A DNA stretch of 14,006 nucleotides, from the NCBI RefSeq assembly GCF_003334255.1, contig NZ_QOWU01000080.1. One strand, given 5' to 3'. A program made the position numbers and the translations under genes. The DNA is from Escherichia coli. GTDB lineage: Bacteria; Pseudomonadota; Gammaproteobacteria; Enterobacterales; Enterobacteriaceae. Below the pieces are notes generated by a model. That model did no database searches. It was not told the DNA's origin and saw only the letters and a program-made list of their open reading frames with translations. This document shows positions 1-7,080 of the stretch, one piece after another (positions within the stretch are counted from its first letter, which is position 1; each line of letters starts with the position of its first letter).

Positions 1-216
1 GACCCGCCACCCCACGATGTATCCGGCAAACACATCAATGATGAACGCCACATAGACGAAGCCCCGCCATGTGCTGACGTAAGTAAAATCAGCCACCCAC
101 AGCTGGTCAGGTCGTTCTGCCACGAACTGACGGTTTACGTGGTCGCCTGCGGCAACGGCTTTCCGGCTGATGGTCGTACGGACCTTTTTACCCCGGAGAA
201 CACCGGCAAGTCCCAT
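1..216 (-). pseudogene. IS3-family transposase OrfB (DDE integrase) internal fragment; runs off the window start and lacks orfA and the OrfB N-terminus
   Basis: Minus-strand translation of 1-216 gives MGLAGVLRGKKVRTTISRKAVAAGDHVNRQFVAERPDQLWVADFTYVSTWRGFVYVAFIIDVFAGYIVGWRV, matching the IS3-family OrfB core; an in-frame stop lies just upstream and no orfA follows. Confidence 0.6.
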
Positions 217-289
217 AACCGCCATGTCGCAGTCGTCAGTCTGCTACTCGAATGGCGTAACGTAGCCATTTTTCTGGCCCCACACGTAG

Positions 290-820
290 TCAGGCTTTCC
301 ACGTAGAATGCAGCAATTTTTCATCAGTCAGGCTCATAATCAACCCCACTTTTTTTTCTTTATACAGCAAGAAATCAGCACGTCCAGTACATCCCTCTTC
401 CGCTTCTTGCCAGGTGGCCACCTGAGTGCGGAACTCATCATCAAACACAGACTTATCAGGCCATACCACCAGAGTTTTACCACGATAACTAATCTCAAAA
501 ATAAACTGTCCCCCTAAAGAGAAAGGGGCATCAGGGTGCCTTAAAGTAGGGTTTTGCAGGCAACGTCCTTCACGTACAGCGTGAGAAAGTATCTCTACAC
601 AATCCACAATTCCCGGACCGGGAAAACCCAGACTCCAGTAAAGCTCGCGGCGCATCACCGGTTGTTGCGGAGACAACAGAGAAAAAGCGTAGCGGCTCAC
701 ACGAATCATTAGTGCAGCAGCAATAACATTAGCGTTAGTCGTATATTTTAATAAATCCTGGCGCGTCAGAGTGATATCACCATCTTGATCCCGTACGGTT
801 ACGGTTAATTCGCTCATCAA
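290..820 (-). CDS. Hypothetical protein (176 aa), last gene of the ABC operon; paralog of the 3210-3767 product
   Basis: Long ORF directly abutting the binding-protein gene. Shares the motifs SLLSPQ, RREL, FPGxGxxDCxE and GxFxFExSYRxK with the 185-aa ORF. Confidence 0.6.
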   Translation of the reverse strand: MMSELTVTVRDQDGDITLTRQDLLKYTTNANVIAAALMIRVSRYAFSLLSPQQPVMRRELYWSLGFPGPGIVDCVEILSHAVREGRCLQNPTLRHPDAPFSLGGQFIFEISYRGKTLVVWPDKSVFDDEFRTQVATWQEAEEGCTGRADFLLYKEKKVGLIMSLTDEKLLHSTWKA

Positions 821-1762
821 TTACTGCTCCATAGCCTGTGGTAAAACAATATTGCTAACGTCAATTTCGTTGCGAATCATTCCATTTTCAATCATAAATT
901 GGATATCTTCTTTCATGCTGGTTATATCGTCCTGATTCAGACGCTGAGTGAAGTGAGACCGATTATACAATTTCTGTGCATCCTCAACGCTAATGCCCTG
1001 TACTTTTGCGCCTAATGCTATGGCTTCCGACTGATTTTTTTCTATCCATGTACTTGCCTCATCATGGGCAGCAATGACGACTTTAATCCAGTTCGGGTGT
1101 TTTTTAACTACCTTATCACTGGATGCCATGACCAATTTAGGTACAACCAAACCACTGGCGGTCGTCAGTACTTTAGCTCCTTCCTGTTCTGCTTTAATCA
1201 CCATGGTGGCAGCCAATAGTGCGGCATCAACCTGACTACTTTGTAAAGCCGCAAATGCCTGTGGCAAATCCATTTGAACAAACTGAACATCGTTCATGCT
1301 TAAACCATTTTTCACCAAAGCAGCCACCAACGTCTGATGTAAAACCGTGCCTTTAGGCCCTGCAATCTTTTTACCTTTTAATCCGGCAATAGAATTAACA
1401 CCATTCTTAGCCCCTACAATGGCAAAAGTATCGGTAGGACGAGAAACACCAGCGATGATCATCACAGGATTACCCTCGCTATTAGACATTAAAACTGAAG
1501 AAGTATTCATTACCCCTGCAATATCAAGATCACCGCTAGCTAGCGCCTGAGCCTGTTTGGCTCCGGAAGTAATTTCGTGCCATTCCACGTTTAATCCCAG
1601 CGATTCAGCCTGCTTTTCCAACAGGTTGTGCTCCTTCATTACAATCATTTGCAGATTAAATGGTGATTTAACATAGCTGATATCCAGCGTTTTATCATCC
1701 GCATGGGCCAGTCCAGAACTCAACAATGCAGAAAACAACGTGGTCAGAAGTATCTTTTTCAT
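821..1762 (-). CDS. ABC transporter periplasmic substrate-binding protein, NMT1/THI5 (SsuA/TauA-like) family
   Basis: 313 aa with an N-terminal signal peptide (MKKILLTTLFSALLSSGLAHA) and overall NMT1/SsuA-like character; sits in an operon with ABC ATPase and permease genes. Confidence 0.8.
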   Translation of the reverse strand: MKKILLTTLFSALLSSGLAHADDKTLDISYVKSPFNLQMIVMKEHNLLEKQAESLGLNVEWHEITSGAKQAQALASGDLDIAGVMNTSSVLMSNSEGNPVMIIAGVSRPTDTFAIVGAKNGVNSIAGLKGKKIAGPKGTVLHQTLVAALVKNGLSMNDVQFVQMDLPQAFAALQSSQVDAALLAATMVIKAEQEGAKVLTTASGLVVPKLVMASSDKVVKKHPNWIKVVIAAHDEASTWIEKNQSEAIALGAKVQGISVEDAQKLYNRSHFTQRLNQDDITSMKEDIQFMIENGMIRNEIDVSNIVLPQAMEQ

Positions 1763-1786
1763 AGTTCATCCTTATTCATAAGCAGT

Positions 1787-2455
1787 TTATAAATGGGTCA
1801 GTATTCGTTGTTTTAATTCTGTGTGGGAAATATCATGATGGCGGCGGTATACCACCGCAATTCGTCCTTGACTCATAACTAAAATCTGCTGACCAATAGT
1901 TATCGCTTCATTGAGGTCATGAGTGACAAACAAACAACTAATGTTTTGATGAGTAATCAGTCGAATTAACATTTCTTGCTGTTCTGACCGCGTGATGGCA
2001 TCCAGGGCTGCAAAAGGTTCATCCATCAGTAATACTTGTGGTTTTTGCAGAAGAGCTCTTGCGATTCCTACTCGCTGCGCCATACCACCAGAAAGTTCAT
2101 GAGGCATCAGGGAATAACTTTCTCCCAGTTGAACCTGTTGTAATACTTCAGCAATTTTGGCTTGTTTAATTTTTCTGCTACATAAAAATGGCAAAGCTAA
2201 TGCCAGATTTTCAGCTACCGTTAACCATGGTAATAAACGTGGTTCCTGAAACACCATGGCACACTGTGATGCAGAGATGTTGACTGTTCCGCTATCCGGT
2301 TTAATCAAACCTGCTACAATACGCAATAAAGTGGATTTTCCTCCACCAGAAGGGCCGAGCAAGCAAATAATTTCTCCCGGCGGCAGCGAAAGTGAGACAT
2401 CGATCAATACCTGTTTTTGCTGATAGCTTTTATTAATATGAGATAATGCTATCAT
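1787..2455 (-). CDS. ABC transporter ATP-binding protein (NitT/TauT family)
   Basis: Walker A GPSGGGKST, ABC signature LSGGMAQRVGIARAL, Walker B LLMDEPFAALD, H-loop FVTHD. Confidence 0.9.
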   Translation of the reverse strand: MIALSHINKSYQQKQVLIDVSLSLPPGEIICLLGPSGGGKSTLLRIVAGLIKPDSGTVNISASQCAMVFQEPRLLPWLTVAENLALALPFLCSRKIKQAKIAEVLQQVQLGESYSLMPHELSGGMAQRVGIARALLQKPQVLLMDEPFAALDAITRSEQQEMLIRLITHQNISCLFVTHDLNEAITIGQQILVMSQGRIAVVYRRHHDISHTELKQRILTHL

Positions 2456-3213
2456 CAGGTTGTTACCTCCGGAAAACGACGACGTAATAGCAGCACCAAT
2501 GAGCGATAAAATAGCGTATCCAATAGCCAGCCAATTAAACCAATGGTTAAAATACCCACTATTACAGCATCAGTACGCATCATCTCTTGTGAATCAATAA
2601 TCAAGTATCCCAGTCCACTGCTGGCAGCGATCAATTCTGCGCCAATTAATGCTCGCCAGCTATAACCAAAAGCCAGACGAAAACCAGTAACCACAGAAGG
2701 AGTGGCGCTTGGAATTACAATCGCCAACAGATAGCGTAAAGGTGAAAGATTCAGGCTAATGGCCAATTCCTTATGGGCTGTACTGACGCGACGCAGTCCA
2801 TCACGAGTGTTAAGAAATATGGGAAACACCGAGGCCAAAACAATAATCGAGAGTTGTGTCGTCTCCCCAATACCCAACCATAAAATCAATAATGGCGTCA
2901 TGGCCAATGGGGGGATCATACGAAAGAGTGCCAAAGGCGCGGACAATAACTGTTCCAGCCATGAGTAACGAGCAACCAAACCGGCCAACATCGTTCCAAG
3001 ACAACAACTCAGACAAAACCCTTCAAACACTCGTAATAATGAAGTGGATATATGACGAGGCAATGCGCCAATTTGCCACATATTTACGGCGGAATAAAAC
3101 ACCGTTATGGGTGATGGTAGTAAATAAGCAGAGATTAACTCCAAACTTGATAACAATTGCCAGTAAATCAATAGTAATATTGGTGTCAGCAACGGTCGCC
3201 AATAGCGCATCAC
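2455..3213 (-). CDS. ABC transporter permease (NitT/TauT family)
   Basis: 252-aa hydrophobic multi-helix protein; its stop overlaps the ATPase start and its start overlaps the stop of the upstream 185-aa ORF, suggesting translational coupling. Confidence 0.85.
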   Translation of the reverse strand: MMRYWRPLLTPILLLIYWQLLSSLELISAYLLPSPITVFYSAVNMWQIGALPRHISTSLLRVFEGFCLSCCLGTMLAGLVARYSWLEQLLSAPLALFRMIPPLAMTPLLILWLGIGETTQLSIIVLASVFPIFLNTRDGLRRVSTAHKELAISLNLSPLRYLLAIVIPSATPSVVTGFRLAFGYSWRALIGAELIAASSGLGYLIIDSQEMMRTDAVIVGILTIGLIGWLLDTLFYRSLVLLLRRRFPEVTT

Positions 3214-3767
3214 AATACCTGTATTGAATCCATTGGTGAGACGGTTAACAGCGTATTAGCTAACTGATATTTAGCCACCATCCACTGTCGTTGAACTTCT
3301 GGTGTTGCATCTGGCTGCTTACTTGCACGCCCTATTTTCAAAAATTCAGTAGTTGGCTGCCCGCCTACCGGAGCTAATGATACTTTTTTACTACGATAAC
3401 TAAATTCAAAATAGAAACGTCCAGTAAGACCTTGCTGTGCTTCGGTTTGGTCAAAGTCGACATCTAATATAAAACGATTTTCCGACACCATGCGGGTTAC
3501 CAACTCAAAACAATCACGGGCCCCCCTCCCCGGAAAGGCTGTAAATAATGCTAATTCCCGACGTTGCAGGGGCTCATCCTGCGGTGATAGCAATGAAATA
3601 GCCCTTTGTAGTAACCGAAATCCCAGTACTACGCCACCAACAGCATCATACCCATGATAATTGAAGGCATCCTGAACCGAGAAAGAAAAAAGCTGATGAT
3701 TATCTGCAACGTTTAGGGATGGCATAACCCATTGGGATACAGGGATAAGACCTGGATTAGTACTCAT
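3210..3767 (-). CDS. Hypothetical protein (185 aa), first gene of the ABC operon; paralog of the 290-820 product
   Basis: ORF overlaps the permease start by 4 bp; shares conserved blocks with the 176-aa ORF (see finding). Confidence 0.6.
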   Translation of the reverse strand: MSTNPGLIPVSQWVMPSLNVADNHQLFSFSVQDAFNYHGYDAVGGVVLGFRLLQRAISLLSPQDEPLQRRELALFTAFPGRGARDCFELVTRMVSENRFILDVDFDQTEAQQGLTGRFYFEFSYRSKKVSLAPVGGQPTTEFLKIGRASKQPDATPEVQRQWMVAKYQLANTLLTVSPMDSIQVL

Positions 3768-3857
3768 GTCAACCGCCTTTCTCTTTTTATAGTAAGAGTT
3801 ATTCCCTCATGTCGATTCTAGATACAAATACAAACAACATCAATTCTCATTCCCTCT

Positions 3858-4143
3858 TCAGGTTATTTGCCTCGCTGTTTTTCTCACTGTCTCCGTTATG
3901 GTGTACACCACCTCTTCCAGTAACCGACACTTCGCCGAACTCAGGAAACCGTAGTACCTCACCATACGGAACCCCTGAGGTAGCCAGGAGGCTGCAAATC
4001 GGGGTGTGGCAGAATATGAGCTTTCAGAGTAACCATCCAGAATGAGTTCCCATGTCACACAACCTGGAGCACCAGAAAGTCCACACCAGAATGGTGAAAG
4101 AGGTTCTGAAAGCCGTCGCCAGAGCCAATAATCACCCTTATCA
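3858..4143 (-). pseudogene. Possible IS91-family (Y2 rolling-circle) transposase C-terminal remnant
   Basis: Minus-strand translation contains LPQGFRMVRYYGFLSSAKCRLL, resembling the conserved C-terminal block of IS91-family transposases as recalled (LPKGF.RIRHYGFLAN); ends abruptly at the IR at 4144. Confidence 0.3.
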
Positions 4144-4181
4144 GGGGTTCCGTGGGAATTTCTGCGATAACACCCGCTAAG
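4144..4181 (+). repeat. Tn3-family 38-bp terminal inverted repeat (left)
   Basis: GGGGTTCCGTGGGAATTTCTGCGATAACACCCGCTAAG. Confidence 0.65.
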
Positions 4182-4318
4182 CGATTCCTCCCTGACGGAA
4201 ATCACTTGTTTTCCGTCAGGTCCTGCAGTTGAAGAAAATTGAATCCATAAATCTGTGATTTTTTGCGTGACAAACCCTGTCGGAATGAGAAACTGTACGG
4301 AAACTTCAATTTTAAGGT

Positions 4319-4504
4319 TTGTCGTACATTCGCAGCCAGGGGATCATTATACCGGAAGAGCTCTTGTCCAGTGTATCACCACTACCATGGGGTCATATCT
4401 CACTCACTGGAGATTACCTGTGGAACGAAATTGACCATCCCCTTGAACGATACAGGCCACTTCGTACTAATCGCTTCAATCCAAAGAACTTCACTTTTCC
4501 TTAG
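4319..4504 (+). pseudogene. tnpA: Tn3-family transposase TnpA C-terminal remnant
   Basis: Translation ends PLPWGHISLTGDYLWNEIDHPLERYRPLRTNRF, resembling the extreme C-terminus of Tn3-family TnpA (LGWEHINLTGDYLW...RPLRP as recalled); stop codon lies inside the right IR, as in Tn3-family transposons. Confidence 0.5.
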
Positions 4505-4537
4505 CGTGTGTTATCGCAGAAATGCCCACGGAACGCC
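4500..4537 (-). repeat. Tn3-family 38-bp terminal inverted repeat (right)
   Basis: Reverse complement reads GGCGTTCCGTGGGCATTTCTGCGATAACACACGCTAAG. Confidence 0.65.
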
Positions 4538-4879
4538 GTTATGGCCGTGAATGTGCCGACGACCTGGATTAATTCTGGTATGAGTGAGTTTGACAGCCGG
4601 TTGTTTGCAGCCATTAACGATATGCTGCTGGATATGCTGGCCGCTGTTGCCAGAAGGGACTATGAACAACGGCGGGAACGCCAGAAACAGGGGATAGAGA
4701 AAGCAAGGAAAGACGGCAAATATAAAGGGCGTAAACCTAATCAAGCCAGACATGATGCAATTATCAGGTTGATAGAAAGTGGCAGCTCCTGGACACAGGT
4801 ACAGAAGGTGCTAGGGTGCAGCCGCGGCACAATCAGTAGCGCAATAAAACGTAAATCCCGGCAATCCTCCGGTGAGTAG
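4508..4879 (+). pseudogene. Serine recombinase (resolvase/invertase) C-terminal fragment; catalytic N-terminal domain absent
   Basis: Contains LLDMLAAVARRDYEQRRERQKQGIEKARKDGKYKGRKP followed by an HTH-like tail (SWTQVQKVLGCSRGTISSAIKR); convincing similarity begins around 4570-4580; no S-T-x-x-Q catalytic region upstream. Confidence 0.5.
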
Positions 4880-4994
4880 GGTAGGGTGAGCTCAATAAAC
4901 TGGCTGACGTTATTTATTAGGGAGGTGCTGAGGTGGATATTTTTAAAAAGCAAATTGAATGTTGTAACTAATGAATATCAAAATAAAAGGCCGC

Positions 4995-5174
4995 TTACGC
5001 GACCTCAGCCTTTTGCGGTTTTGGCTTGGTGATATACCACGATAGACAACCGACAATAAAACTCATGAACATTCCAGTAAAACGATCATCGATGCCTGGA
5101 AACAGGCAACCGACAAACATCGCAACAGGGAAAGGAAGAAGTAAACAGCGCCCCAAAATGCTCATAAAATCCAT
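4995..5174 (-). CDS. Small hydrophobic membrane protein (59 aa), unknown function
   Basis: ATG at 5174 is preceded by AGGAGG with a 4-nt spacer; product MDFMSILGRCLLLPFPVAMFVGCLFPGIDDRFTGMFMSFIVGCLSWYITKPKPQKAEVA. The six-frame track extends it to a GTG at 5210 inside a hairpin, which I consider unlikely. Confidence 0.4.
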   Translation of the reverse strand: MDFMSILGRCLLLPFPVAMFVGCLFPGIDDRFTGMFMSFIVGCLSWYITKPKPQKAEVA

Positions 5175-5192
5175 AAATCCTCCTTTGTTAAA

Positions 5193-5219
5193 GGGCAGGA
5201 AGCGGTGCACTTCCTGCCC
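5193..5219 (-). terminator. GC-rich hairpin, probable terminator of the toxin transcript (possibly bidirectional)
   Basis: 10-bp perfect stem GGGCAGGAAG / CTTCCTGCCC with a 7-nt loop, about 20 nt downstream of the toxin stop; followed by TTTAA on the minus strand. Confidence 0.5.
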
Positions 5220-5240
5220 TTAGTTACGTTTCCGCAGTCA

Positions 5241-5336
5241 TCAATCGATGAACTGACGGATCAGTTCCAGAACTGCAATCAGCGCGTTTGCAACGGCGAC
5301 CACAGCCCTGAGAACGATGATTAACAGGTTAATCAT
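5241..5336 (-). CDS. Candidate type I toxin: 31-aa hydrophobic peptide, DinQ/TisB-like
   Basis: Not in the ORF track (below size cutoff). Translates to MINLLIIVLRAVVAVANALIAVLELIRQFID; GGAG sits 6 nt upstream of the ATG; resembles DinQ as recalled (shared IIVL and ALIA.LELIR blocks). Confidence 0.5.
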   Translation of the reverse strand: MINLLIIVLRAVVAVANALIAVLELIRQFID

Positions 5337-5413
5337 CCGTTTCTCCAGGTTGATACTGGAGGAAGTTGCCGTTGCTTGCTCATACATCGCCTGTCACAAC
5401 GGCTCTCTCACAT

Positions 5414-5453
5414 TGTTGGATGTAGAGTACCTTCCCCCTGCCAGAGCACTGAA
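5414..5453 (+). repeat. Copy 1 of a ~40-bp repeat, within the putative toxin leader
   Basis: TGTTGGATGTAGAGTACCTTCCCCCTGCCAGAGC... is roughly 85% identical to the copy at 5658-5697. Confidence 0.6.
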
Positions 5454-5623
5454 CACAGCACCACCTGTTTGTTCAGCCAGGGCTTTAATTCGTTCATACC
5501 CAGATAGCGCAGGGTTTAGAAGCAAGGGAGGCACACTGTACAGCGCCAACACAAAGATTATACAGATGCACGCATAAAATTCATTTAAAGAAATGGCCAT
5601 TGACAGACAATCTGAAGTCAAAC

Positions 5624-5650
5624 TAGACAACTGGTGTCTAGTGCCATAAT
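5624..5650 (+). promoter_or_regulatory. Putative sigma70 promoter for the small RNA
   Basis: TAGACA (5624-5629), 15-nt spacer, extended -10 TGcCATAAT (5642-5650); alternative -10 TAATAT at 5647-5652 with a 17-nt spacer. Confidence 0.3.
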
Positions 5651-5656
5651 ATTGTG

Positions 5657-5748
5657 GATGTTGGATGTAGAGTATCTTCCTCCAGTCAGAGCCACCAACT
5701 CAGGACTGGAAAACACGAAAAAGCCCGATTACCAGTCGGGTTTTTTTG
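5657..5748 (+). ncRNA. Candidate ~90-nt small RNA (AgrB-like antitoxin), divergent from the toxin gene
   Basis: Promoter-like elements upstream and a strong intrinsic terminator at the 3' end; body contains repeat copy 2, which is imperfectly complementary to the minus-strand toxin transcript at copy 1. Confidence 0.4.
5722..5748 (+). terminator. Rho-independent terminator
   Basis: Stem GCCCGA / TCGGGT with loop TTACCAG, followed by seven T; A-tract upstream, so possibly bidirectional. Confidence 0.6.
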
Positions 5749-6149
5749 TGCCTGTCGTTCGACTGTTCTTCCGTTTTTTCCCTTCATTTGGGGGATTTTC
5801 TTTCAGTTTTTTTGTTAAGTCCAATGCTGCCGGTCGCGTTGGCCAACAGATCAATGCCGTTATCGGCGTTTCCATTAATCCTTTTTTTCAGTAAGTTGCA
5901 GCACAAAAGATGATTAAAAAGCTATCAGTTTTTTTGATGGATACAGTAGCGGCGGTACGCTGCGTGAAATCTGAGGTTTTCGGGTAGGATTGGTCGCGAG
6001 AATTTACGAGAGAGCGACGGGCGGTTTCTGCACTGAGACAAGATACAACCGTTCTTTTTTTTCCCCTTCACGCCGTAGCTGAGCGATCTCGTCTCTGTTA
6101 CGCTGAAGTTCAATGATAGTCGTAATATTTAACTCTTTACCTCTTTCGT

Positions 6150-6166
6150 GGTATACCAGGTATACC
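6150..6166 (+). promoter_or_regulatory. Tandem 8-bp palindromes GGTATACC-a-GGTATACC, candidate operator upstream of the EamA gene
   Basis: Two identical self-complementary octamers separated by 1 nt, about 17 nt upstream of the start codon and just 5' of the AGGAGG ribosome-binding site. Confidence 0.3.
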
Positions 6167-6182
6167 GAAAAAAGGAGGCGTG

Positions 6183-7070
6183 ATGAACAACCAAAACTAT
6201 TTTTTAGTCCGTTGTATGTACGTAATTCTGATGGGACTAGGTTTTCCTATCATGAGATATATGAGTTTAAACTTTGACACATTAAATAACAATGCTATCA
6301 GATTTATCTCTGGAGGTGTTATTTTTTGCATTGTCTGCTTATTAAAGTACAATAACCACTTAAAAAATATAAATATTAAAACAATACTACTGCTTTTTGT
6401 TCTTTCTATTTTCATGACATGTAACATGTTCTTTTTTATTAATGGAATAAAGCATACATCAGCCTTATCAGGGAGTATTTTTAGTATATTAGCAATGCCA
6501 TTAGGTATTCTTGTCGCCAGTTTATTTTTTATTGACGAACGAGAAAGAGCACTTAGCTATAAATTTATAACAGGTTCATTAATTGCAATTATTGGATCAT
6601 TTATTTTTGTTTTTAATGGTTACTCTTTGGATTCCGGCTCATTTAGTTATACAGGCTTTATATTTTTAACCATCGCAATTTGCATTCAATCGATACAAAA
6701 TGTCATTGTTAAAATTGTAGCACAATACCTTCCCGCAATTGTAATTAGTGCGTCAACAGCAACAATTTCAGGGTTAATGTTTTTATTATTAGCAATAAAA
6801 ACAGGCGTTATCACAGAATTATCAGTAACATCCAAAGAATTATTAATATATTTGGTTCTTGCTGGCATATATGGAATGATGACAGGTATGCTTATGGCAT
6901 TTTACATAGTAAAAACACAAGGGGTAACTATTTTTAATATAACTCAATTACTAATCCCCGTATCAACAGGAATTTTTGGATACATCACTTTAGGTGAAAA
7001 AGTTGATCTTATTCAGGCAACAGGAGCAGTGATCATCATTGCTGGCTGTATTTTTGCAACAAAGCGATAA
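6183..7070 (+). CDS. DMT-superfamily (EamA-like) integral membrane transporter
   Basis: ~295 aa, about 10 predicted hydrophobic helices in two repeated halves; AGGAGG 4 nt upstream of ATG 6183 (the track's 6180 start is a GTG one codon upstream); very AT-rich. Confidence 0.8.
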   Translation: MNNQNYFLVRCMYVILMGLGFPIMRYMSLNFDTLNNNAIRFISGGVIFCIVCLLKYNNHLKNINIKTILLLFVLSIFMTCNMFFFINGIKHTSALSGSIFSILAMPLGILVASLFFIDERERALSYKFITGSLIAIIGSFIFVFNGYSLDSGSFSYTGFIFLTIAICIQSIQNVIVKIVAQYLPAIVISASTATISGLMFLLLAIKTGVITELSVTSKELLIYLVLAGIYGMMTGMLMAFYIVKTQGVTIFNITQLLIPVSTGIFGYITLGEKVDLIQATGAVIIIAGCIFATKR

Positions 7071-7080
7071 TGAGGTATTT

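Larger units (their letters stand above)
4144..4537. mobile_element. Miniature Tn3-family element (internally deleted transposon, TIME/IS101-like), 394 bp
   Basis: 38-bp terminal IRs in inverted orientation, matching at 35 of 38 positions, each with outer GGGG/GGCG and inner ACGCTAAG-type end; interior carries only a tnpA 3' remnant. Confidence 0.6.

Noticed and set aside
308-517. Plus-strand 69-aa ORF inside the 176-aa minus-strand gene
   Set aside because: Fully nested antisense to a better-supported gene, low-complexity translation (FFFFIQQ), no ribosome-binding site.
2759-3227. Several 68-123-aa ORFs on both strands within the permease gene
   Set aside because: All overlap the hydrophobic permease ORF, which has clear operon context; they are typical antisense and shadow ORFs.
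3809-4045. Plus-strand 78-aa ORF in the region upstream of the ABC operon
   Set aside because: No ribosome-binding site, low-complexity product, and it overlaps the IS91-like remnant on the other strand.
4139-4542. Target-site duplications flanking the miniature Tn3 elements
   Set aside because: The 5-bp flanks differ (TATCA versus GTTAT at element 1; none evident at element 2), so no direct repeats can be claimed.
4263-4550. 95-aa plus-strand ORF spanning the miniature Tn3 element
   Set aside because: It is in a different frame from the TnpA-like remnant and reads through the IR; most likely fortuitous.
5473-5488. Possible LexA box (CTG-N10-CAG) upstream of the toxin
   Set aside because: Only the minimal CTG/CAG spacing matches; the flanks fit the LexA consensus poorly, so SOS control is not supported by sequence alone.
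5730-5876. Minus-strand 56-aa ORF with an AAGGA ribosome-binding site (METPITALICWPTRPAALDL… with a basic tail)
   Set aside because: It is not strongly hydrophobic, ends inside the terminator hairpin, and has no supporting context; kept only as a note.
5317-5894. Track ORFs of 78-86 aa on both strands across the sRNA/repeat region
   Set aside because: They run through the terminator and repeat copies, lack ribosome-binding sites, and their apparent similarity (LDVEYLPP) is explained by the nucleotide repeat.
5925-6113. 62-aa minus-strand ORF in the poly-T-rich spacer upstream of the EamA gene
   Set aside because: Arginine/serine-rich low-complexity product without a ribosome-binding site; the region looks like intergenic DNA with several T7-8 tracts.
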